This document shows positions 26,341 through 32,249 of a stretch of DNA of 32,249 nt, one piece after another. Origin of the DNA: Chlamydiia bacterium. GTDB lineage: Bacteria; Chlamydiota; Chlamydiia; Chlamydiales; 2-12-FULL-49-11. Made by a program: the position numbers and the translations under genes. Where the stretch lies: assembly GCA_044359535.1 (NCBI GenBank), contig JBIKLZ010000008.1:1-32249 (forward strand), written 5' to 3'. The notes beneath the pieces were generated by a model. It was not told the DNA's origin. It saw nothing but the letters and a program-made list of their open reading frames with translations, and made no database searches. Position 1 is the first letter of the stretch. Each line of letters starts with the position of its first letter.

Positions 26341-27693
26341 TCAATCCATAACGAAATCAATTCTTAAAGGACGATCTGAAGAAAATGGAAACGAAAGGAG
26401 AAAATCACAATTAAAGAAAAATTCCCCTCCAGCTAAAGGGATAATCTCTATATCCATTGCCTCTTTTAAAGAACAACAAAGGGTTTTACTTCCTGTCTCA
26501 ATATCAATCTTTGATGTATGAACAAGTACTCTTTCAAGACCTGAAGGGAAGTAGGTTCTATTTTCCACTTTAACAAAACCTCCCCTTACAAAAAAGACTA
26601 ATGAAAGTTTTTCTTCATTTACTTCAGACCAAAGTAGCGATTCTATACTCAAAGAATTCTCTTTGGCATCGATACTTGAAAATATCCAATGTTGGGCATA
26701 GTCTGAATCTGAATAGACCCTATTCCACATAGAGATCTTAGAGCCAATAGACCCTGTTTCCTTACATATTGGGGGGCTTAATCCATAAATATCATTTTTT
26801 CCCAAAGGTAAAAGATGAGGGCCAAAGGTGGGAATAAGAATGTGATCTTTATAGCTGATACTTCCAAGACCCACCTTTTTTTCAGTAATTGATGAAAAAG
26901 TAAACCCCTCCTTCCCTAAAAGGATGCGTCCCTCTAAAAAGCCTTCTTTTCCCTCACTTTTCTCAATCGTAAAAGCCACTTCTTTTACTTTTTTAAGAAG
27001 TCTACATAACAACCTGCTTTCTACATCTAAGGTTTGAAAAAGCCCCCCTTCAAAAGGGTCTAGCTTGTGATTTTTTTGTTCTATGAACTCATTTTTTGTA
27101 ATCATAAGATACAAAGATGAGAGTATAAAAAGGATCACCCTATAGCTATCTTTATTGTATTGACCTGCTCGAAGTAAAAATAAAAAATCTACATCCCCAT
27201 TTTCTTTGATGAATATGTCGATAGATTCAGTAATTTCTCTCCCCTCATTCATCTCTTCTGGAAGGTTTAGAAAAATCCCTATAAAGAAACAAAGAGCTGC
27301 ATAGTGACTTAATTCAACAACAGAGGAAAGACTTTCTGTATATAAAAAGCTTTTCTCTTTTTTTGAAATAAAGCTCTTATCTCCACAAAGAATTTTTCCA
27401 AAAAAATACTTTTTATAGGCTAATGCACCCCAGACTGTTTGCATATCTAGTTCTTCAAGACGACTTTCAATGACTTTTATTGCCTGCTCCAAAGAGTTAA
27501 CTTTTTTGAAGGGGGAAAGATAATGAACGATGGATAGCAAATAAAATTCTTCAATTAGACAATGAAGATTGTTGATAAACTCTAAAGCATAGAGGGGCTC
27601 TTGTAAATCTTTGTCATCGATAGATTTTCCATCCATAAATAGGGCTAATAAAGCTTTTGTAGAGACACTTTCTTGAAAAACATTGACCGTCAT
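26341..27693 (-). CDS. Hypothetical protein (450 aa; helical N-half, beta-rich C-half)
   Basis: Long ORF with AAGGA SD; no confidently recognised motif. Confidence 0.8.
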   Translation of the reverse strand: MTVNVFQESVSTKALLALFMDGKSIDDKDLQEPLYALEFINNLHCLIEEFYLLSIVHYLSPFKKVNSLEQAIKVIESRLEELDMQTVWGALAYKKYFFGKILCGDKSFISKKEKSFLYTESLSSVVELSHYAALCFFIGIFLNLPEEMNEGREITESIDIFIKENGDVDFLFLLRAGQYNKDSYRVILFILSSLYLMITKNEFIEQKNHKLDPFEGGLFQTLDVESRLLCRLLKKVKEVAFTIEKSEGKEGFLEGRILLGKEGFTFSSITEKKVGLGSISYKDHILIPTFGPHLLPLGKNDIYGLSPPICKETGSIGSKISMWNRVYSDSDYAQHWIFSSIDAKENSLSIESLLWSEVNEEKLSLVFFVRGGFVKVENRTYFPSGLERVLVHTSKIDIETGSKTLCCSLKEAMDIEIIPLAGGEFFFNCDFLLSFPFSSDRPLRIDFVMD

Positions 27694-27705
27694 ATCTATC
27701 CTTAT

Positions 27706-27742
27706 AAAAAAAAACTAGGAACAAAATCGTTTGTTCCTAGTT
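27706..27742 (-). terminator. Rho-independent terminator of the IHF gene
   Basis: 13-bp stem AACTAGGAACAAA-(4 nt)-TTTGTTCCTAGTT, followed on the minus strand by a long U-tract. Confidence 0.85.
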
Positions 27743-27768
27743 ATACTTAAACACCTTTAAAAAGTCTA

Positions 27769-28074
27769 CTAGACCATTGCTGATTCTTCGCTTTCTACAA
27801 CCTCTCTCATTTTTTTCCCCGCTGTAAATTTTACAGCCTGTCTTTCAGGAATAACAATAGCAATACCTGCTTTCTTTGGATTTCTTCCAATCTTTTGCTT
27901 TCTTGTCACCACTTCAAAAACCCCAAAATCACGAAATTCTAAACGATTGCCCTCTGATAAACAATCTGTAATTGAATCTAAAAATGCCTGTACAATCAAT
28001 CTCACTTCATTTGGATGATGATTTGTGCTCGAAGCAATTTTTGCAATCAATTGCTTTTTTGTTTTAGTTGTCAT
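27769..28074 (-). CDS. ihfA: Integration host factor / HU-family DNA-binding protein
   Basis: TKKQLI, LEFRDFGVFEV..RK..GRNPK, IP.R..VKF..GK. ATG 28074 follows AAGGAG. Confidence 0.92.
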   Translation of the reverse strand: MTTKTKKQLIAKIASSTNHHPNEVRLIVQAFLDSITDCLSEGNRLEFRDFGVFEVVTRKQKIGRNPKKAGIAIVIPERQAVKFTAGKKMREVVESEESAMV

Positions 28075-28300
28075 ATCTTCTCTCTCCTTTTTTGCTCTTA
28101 CCATATACATAATGATAAAAATGTGTTCCCCTACAGAATCTATTTAAGGGTTTGCCTATTTCACCAAACCTTTTAACTGTAGATCTTTTATCTCATTAGA
28201 AAGGTATACAACTTTTTTTACAAGAAAAGAGTTTAAAATAAAATAGAAAATGACAAAAAAGCGATTTTTTTCTTTAAAATAGGAAAAAAAAATGGAAAAA

Positions 28301-29566
28301 TTAGTGGATTTGTACAACCAATGATTTCTTTTTTCCACTACTTAGAAGTAATAAATTCCCCTCTAACAAATCAGATTCTTTGATTGTTAGAAAAAGATCC
28401 TCCACTTTAACGCGGTTCAAATAGGCCCCATTATTTTGAACAAGACGCTTTGCCTCTCCTTTTGATGGAAGCAACCCGCTTGAATAAAGAAGATCTACAT
28501 ATAAACTCCCTATCACTTTATTTTTTTCCAAAGTGATTGTTGGAAGAGTGGATAAACTAGCTTTTAAGCCCTCAATATTGACTTCATGTGTCCCTATTGC
28601 CATTGCTTGAGTTGCCATTTTTGCCTCTTTAAGCCCTTCTTCACCATGGAGATATTGAGTTAAAGAATCTGCCAAAACCTTCTGTAGATGAAACGGTTTT
28701 AGCTCCCCTTGATGAAATTTTTTTTCTAAAAGAGCAATTTCATCTAAGGGGATAAAGGTTAATTTTTTTAATAAAGAGATCATATCTGCATCAGGAAATT
28801 TTAAAATGTGCTGATAAAACTCAAAAGGGGTTAAGCACTCTTTATCAATCCAAATCGCCCCCTCTTCACTTTTTCCAAATTTTTTTCCATCACTTCGTGT
28901 TAACAAGGGAAAGACAAGACCAAAAACACTTTTTCCCCTCTTTTTCCTCGTATATTCAATTCCCGCTGTGATATTTCCATATTGATCACTTCCCCCAATT
29001 TGTAACTCTACACCGTGGGTCTCAAAAAGATGACAAAAATCGTAGCCTTGTAATAATTGATAGCTAAATTCAGTAAAACTCATCCCCTCTTGAGAATCAA
29101 TTCTTTTTCGAACACTTTCTTTTCCAAGCATAGGTCCTAGTCGAAACATTTTTCCCACATCCCTTAAAAAGGATGTGACATTCATTTGATTATACCAAGA
29201 GGCATTGTTAACAATAATAGGCATTGTCGCTGTAGTTTCAAAATCAAGACACGACCTTATAGATTTTTCAATCCTTTCAATATTTCTTTGAACCTCCTCT
29301 TCAGATAAAAGAGGTCTTTCTAAACTCCTTTCAGAAGGATCGCCAATCAATGAAGTGGTCCCACCAATTAAAATAACAGGCTTATGACCAAAATTTTGAA
29401 ACATTTTTAACACAATAAGGCCGAGTAAATTTCCTAAATGAAGACTTATTGCTGTGGGATCAATCCCTAAATAAAGGGTTTTTGGGGTAGATAAAAATGC
29501 AGAAAGCTCTGAAGAACTCATTTCTTCAACTAATCCACGAGACTTAAGGTAGTCAATTATATTCAC
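28301..29566 (-). CDS. tyrS: Tyrosine--tRNA ligase
   Basis: YLGIDPTA.SLHLGN (HIGH), EFSYQLLQGYDF, QIGGSDQYGNI, KFGKS (KMSKS), C-terminal S4 domain. Confidence 0.98.
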   Translation of the reverse strand: MNIIDYLKSRGLVEEMSSSELSAFLSTPKTLYLGIDPTAISLHLGNLLGLIVLKMFQNFGHKPVILIGGTTSLIGDPSERSLERPLLSEEEVQRNIERIEKSIRSCLDFETTATMPIIVNNASWYNQMNVTSFLRDVGKMFRLGPMLGKESVRKRIDSQEGMSFTEFSYQLLQGYDFCHLFETHGVELQIGGSDQYGNITAGIEYTRKKRGKSVFGLVFPLLTRSDGKKFGKSEEGAIWIDKECLTPFEFYQHILKFPDADMISLLKKLTFIPLDEIALLEKKFHQGELKPFHLQKVLADSLTQYLHGEEGLKEAKMATQAMAIGTHEVNIEGLKASLSTLPTITLEKNKVIGSLYVDLLYSSGLLPSKGEAKRLVQNNGAYLNRVKVEDLFLTIKESDLLEGNLLLLSSGKKKSLVVQIH

Positions 29567-29580
29567 TATTGCCTTCTTTA

Positions 29581-29844
29581 TTACTTATCGACCATAGAGT
29601 CTGCTAATTTTTGTAACTTTGCAGACATTTTTGCAGTATTTTTATTTCCATCAAAAAGAGAAAAAGATTTTTCTTTCAAGACCACACGATTATTTGCATG
29701 TTTAGAGATCCAACACTCAATTTCATTTGCCTTTTTACCAAGGGCTTCTTTAGTAATTTTTTTATCCAGCATACTTAAACGTTTTTGTAGCTTATTTCTA
29801 GCTCTAATTGTCTTATCAGTTTCTTTTGCTAAATCATCCTTCAC
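29581..29844 (-). CDS. Small basic hypothetical protein (87 aa)
   Basis: GTG 29844 has a GGAGG SD 5 nt upstream and a consensus promoter further up; Lys-rich; ends 14 nt before tyrS. Confidence 0.7.
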   Translation of the reverse strand: MKDDLAKETDKTIRARNKLQKRLSMLDKKITKEALGKKANEIECWISKHANNRVVLKEKSFSLFDGNKNTAKMSAKLQKLADSMVDK

Positions 29845-29877
29845 GTATACCTCCACACGTCTTAAATATCGGATTTG

Positions 29878-29906
29878 AGTATAGATCTAGGATCAATAGA
29901 ATGCAA
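29878..29906 (-). promoter_or_regulatory. Strong sigma66/sigma70-type promoter for the small ORF-tyrS unit
   Basis: Minus strand TTGCAT (29906-29901), 17 nt, TATACT (29883-29878). Confidence 0.7.
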
Positions 29907-29950
29907 GAAATTTCTACAATAAAACTCTTCAATAGGGTTAAAATGAATCT

Positions 29951-30631
29951 ATGAATGAGAATGCAAAAAAAGCTGCTGCCCTAGAGGCTTTAAAGTATGT
30001 TGAGAATAAAAGTGTTATCGGTATTGGAACAGGATCGACTGTTTTACCTTTTATAGAGGGTTTAAATGAACGCGTTGAAAAAGAGGGATTAAACATTTCA
30101 GCCATCCCTACTTCAAAAAGGTCAAAAGATCTACTTCATAAGAGTATTAAGATTTTAGATCCAAGTTTGAGTGAAAAAATTGATCTTTGCGTAGATGGAG
30201 CCGATAAAGCATCGGAAGATTTTTATCTTATTAAAGGGGGGGGCGGAGCCCTTCTTAAGGAAAAATTTGTAGCCCTATCAGCAAAGAAAAATATCACCAT
30301 CATTGATGACACAAAAATAGCCACCCCTTTATTTGGACATCCCCTTGCGGTTGAAATTGTACAATTTGGGTGGAAAATGACCCTTAATCATCTAAAAAAT
30401 TTAGGGTTTGAAGGGGTTTTAAGGATGGACAAAACAAATCCCATGATTACAGAAACTTATCATTTTATCTTTGATATTGTCCTTAAAGACCCTATCCACA
30501 GACCTTTTGAGCTTCACAACACCCTAAAAAACCTATCTGGGGTGGTTGAAACAGGGCTTTTTTTGAAAACATCGGATATAATAATTGTTGGCAAAAATGA
30601 CCTTTCTGTAGATGTTTGGAAGAAAAGGTAG
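29951..30631 (+). CDS. rpiA: Ribose-5-phosphate isomerase A
   Basis: GIGTGST, DGAD, IKGGGGALLKEK, GVVETGLF. Confidence 0.97.
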   Translation: MNENAKKAAALEALKYVENKSVIGIGTGSTVLPFIEGLNERVEKEGLNISAIPTSKRSKDLLHKSIKILDPSLSEKIDLCVDGADKASEDFYLIKGGGGALLKEKFVALSAKKNITIIDDTKIATPLFGHPLAVEIVQFGWKMTLNHLKNLGFEGVLRMDKTNPMITETYHFIFDIVLKDPIHRPFELHNTLKNLSGVVETGLFLKTSDIIIVGKNDLSVDVWKKR

Positions 30632-31047
30632 TGAGTATGAGAGAAAAAATGCATAAAATTCAATTTTCAAAAATTGTGCAAAGTAATCATTATAGTGCAT
30701 TTATACTTGAAGCAGAGGGAAAAAAGTTTGCCATCTACACAAAACCTGATGCCGGTGTACACATTGAAAATATCCTTGAAAAAAGAGAATATCGCCCTCA
30801 AACTCATCAGTTTATAGACACCATTTTTTCTGGGTTTAATATTTCTATAAAAAAGGTGGTACTAACAGATGTTAAAAACAATGTCTACTTCTCCTCTATT
30901 TTTCTCTCTAAAAAAAATGAAGGGCAAGAAGATATTTTGGAAATTGATGCAAGGCCCTCTGACTCCCTTCTTTTAGCATTAAAACATGATACCGAAGTGC
31001 TCTGTACTCAAAGTGTTTTAGACGCCTCTCCACCTTATATCGATTAA
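30616..31047 (+). CDS. Bifunctional nuclease family protein (DUF151); start uncertain
   Basis: RPQTH, EIDARPSDS.LLAL signature of DUF151/BFN. Confidence 0.88.
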   Translation: MEEKVVSMREKMHKIQFSKIVQSNHYSAFILEAEGKKFAIYTKPDAGVHIENILEKREYRPQTHQFIDTIFSGFNISIKKVVLTDVKNNVYFSSIFLSKKNEGQEDILEIDARPSDSLLLALKHDTEVLCTQSVLDASPPYID

Positions 31048-31328
31048 TACTTCATATGGAATTTTAACTCTGCTAAATCAAGGAGGGTTTGAAGACACTC
31101 CTTAGCATCTACCCCAGTGACCTCCACATTGACTGTAGCACCACATTCAGCAGCAAGCATCATAATTCCTAAAAGAGATTTCCCATTTACGGTAAGAGGA
31201 CCATACTGCAAGGTAATATTTGACTTAAACTTTGAAAGACATTTAACAATTTCTGTTGCAGGCCTTGTATGAAGACCTTTATCATTTTTCACCACAAACG
31301 ATTTCTTGATGGATGTTTTAGCTGACAC
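31044..31328 (-). CDS. ptsH: Phosphocarrier protein HPr
   Basis: GLHTRPA (His15), GKSLLGIMML (Ser46), GVDA; SD AAGGAG before GTG. Confidence 0.95.
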   Translation of the reverse strand: MSAKTSIKKSFVVKNDKGLHTRPATEIVKCLSKFKSNITLQYGPLTVNGKSLLGIMMLAAECGATVNVEVTGVDAKECLQTLLDLAELKFHMKY

Positions 31329-31359
31329 TGTCTACTCCTTATATAAAAGCGTATCATTT

Positions 31360-32249
31360 TTACCTTTTTTTCTCTTTTAGCTCAAACTCTTTCTCCAATT
31401 TTTCTACTAAAAATGAAAAGTATTCAAGGGTTTTATTTATTGGATCTGTCTGGGTCATATCAATACCAGCTCTTTTTAAAATTTCTATAGAATAATCACT
31501 GCCCCCTGCAGATAAAAACTCCATATAGGGTTTTACACCCACGCTCTTGACATGTTTAACAAGAGATAAAGCAGCAGCAATCCCTGTAGCATATTGGTAC
31601 ACATAAAAATTATAATAAAAATGAGGGATTCGTAAAAACTCCCCTTCTGTTTCTTTTGTAAGTGTAAAATCCTCACCAAAATACTTTTTCGTTAACTCTG
31701 CATAAAGATACTTCATTGCCGAAGGGGTTAATGGGATCTGTTGCTGAGCCATCTCATGAATTTTTAACTCAAACTCAGCAAATAGACATTGCCTGAAAAA
31801 TGTAGCTCTGATCGCATCAATTTCTTGATTTAAGATGTAAATCCTTTCATCAGAATTTTTCGCATGAGCAAGAAGATATTCATAGGTGAGTTGTTCGTTA
31901 AATGTTGAGGCCACTTCAGCAACAAAAATGGTATACGAAGAATCTTGATAGGACTGCTTTTTATTGCTTAAAAAAGAGTTCATGCTATGACCCACTTCAT
32001 GGGAAAGGGTTAACACATCATTTAAAGTTCCATGGAAATTTAAAAGGATGTAAGGGTGAGAAGTATAACACCCAGAAGAGTAGGCTCCACTTCTTTTCCC
32101 TTTATTTTCAAAAACATCTACCCATCGATCCTTATAAAGCCCTTTTGAAAGGGTTTCTTGATACTCTTTTCCAAGGATAGAAACTGACTCAATAACAATC
32201 TTACACGCCTCTTCAAAAGAGTATTTTTTTTCTTCTATTTCTATCAAAG
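31360..32249 (-). CDS. pepF: Oligoendopeptidase F (M3B), C-terminal part; 5' end beyond the window
   Basis: RWVD..GKRSGAYS, HPYILLN, HEVGH zinc motif, FVAEVASTFNE, IPHFYYNFYVYQYATG. Confidence 0.95.
   Translation of the reverse strand, partial: LIEIEEKKYSFEEACKIVIESVSILGKEYQETLSKGLYKDRWVDVFENKGKRSGAYSSGCYTSHPYILLNFHGTLNDVLTLSHEVGHSMNSFLSNKKQSYQDSSYTIFVAEVASTFNEQLTYEYLLAHAKNSDERIYILNQEIDAIRATFFRQCLFAEFELKIHEMAQQQIPLTPSAMKYLYAELTKKYFGEDFTLTKETEGEFLRIPHFYYNFYVYQYATGIAAALSLVKHVKSVGVKPYMEFLSAGGSDYSIEILKRAGIDMTQTDPINKTLEYFSFLVEKLEKEFELKEKKR

Noticed and set aside
28156-28338. 60-aa ORF between tyrS and ihfA
   Set aside because: Low-complexity F/K/L-rich translation of AT-rich intergenic DNA that overlaps the tyrS end; more likely the ihfA regulatory region. 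I could not fix a convincing promoter there either.
1-32249. CRISPR arrays, IS/transposases, prophage, defence systems, T-box/riboswitch leaders, alternative genetic code
   Set aside because: No repeat-spacer pattern or mobility genes; intergenic regions upstream of pheS and tyrS are too short for T-boxes; TAA, TAG and TGA all end conserved genes normally.

Overview
AT-rich, very densely packed bacterial chromosomal core region, almost certainly from a member of the phylum Chlamydiae (Chlamydiota), probably an environmental lineage rather than Chlamydiaceae. The assignment rests on the chlamydial gene orders acpP-fabG-fabD/recR-bamA-skp-lpxD..pdhCBA and dnaQ-msbA-accA..ihfA, and on pheS lacking an adjacent pheT. 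Contents: partial tRNA-Ser, pheS-rplT-rpmI-infC, tRNA-Val(GAC), a YtqB/MnmM-type methyltransferase, trxB with a putative beta-barrel protein, a potABCD-type ABC importer, fatty-acid/envelope genes, CorA, pyruvate dehydrogenase, a DEDDh exonuclease, MsbA, AccA, a YkuD L,D-transpeptidase, IHF, tyrS, rpiA, a DUF151 nuclease, HPr and partial pepF. I see no mobile element, CRISPR array or rRNA. The most striking feature is an intact 330-codon ORF in the classic thrS position (tRNA-Val - X - infC - rpmI - rplT - pheS). By eye it is a shrunken, catalytically dead threonyl-tRNA synthetase relic with no anticodon-binding domain, and its ATG directly abuts the discriminator base of a CCA-less tRNA-Val. 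Other oddities: an ATT start for infC, absence of fabH from its usual locus, an N-terminally truncated AccA, a PotD lacking its tryptophan cage, and several apparently leaderless genes. All homology calls are by-eye motif recognition; no searches were run.
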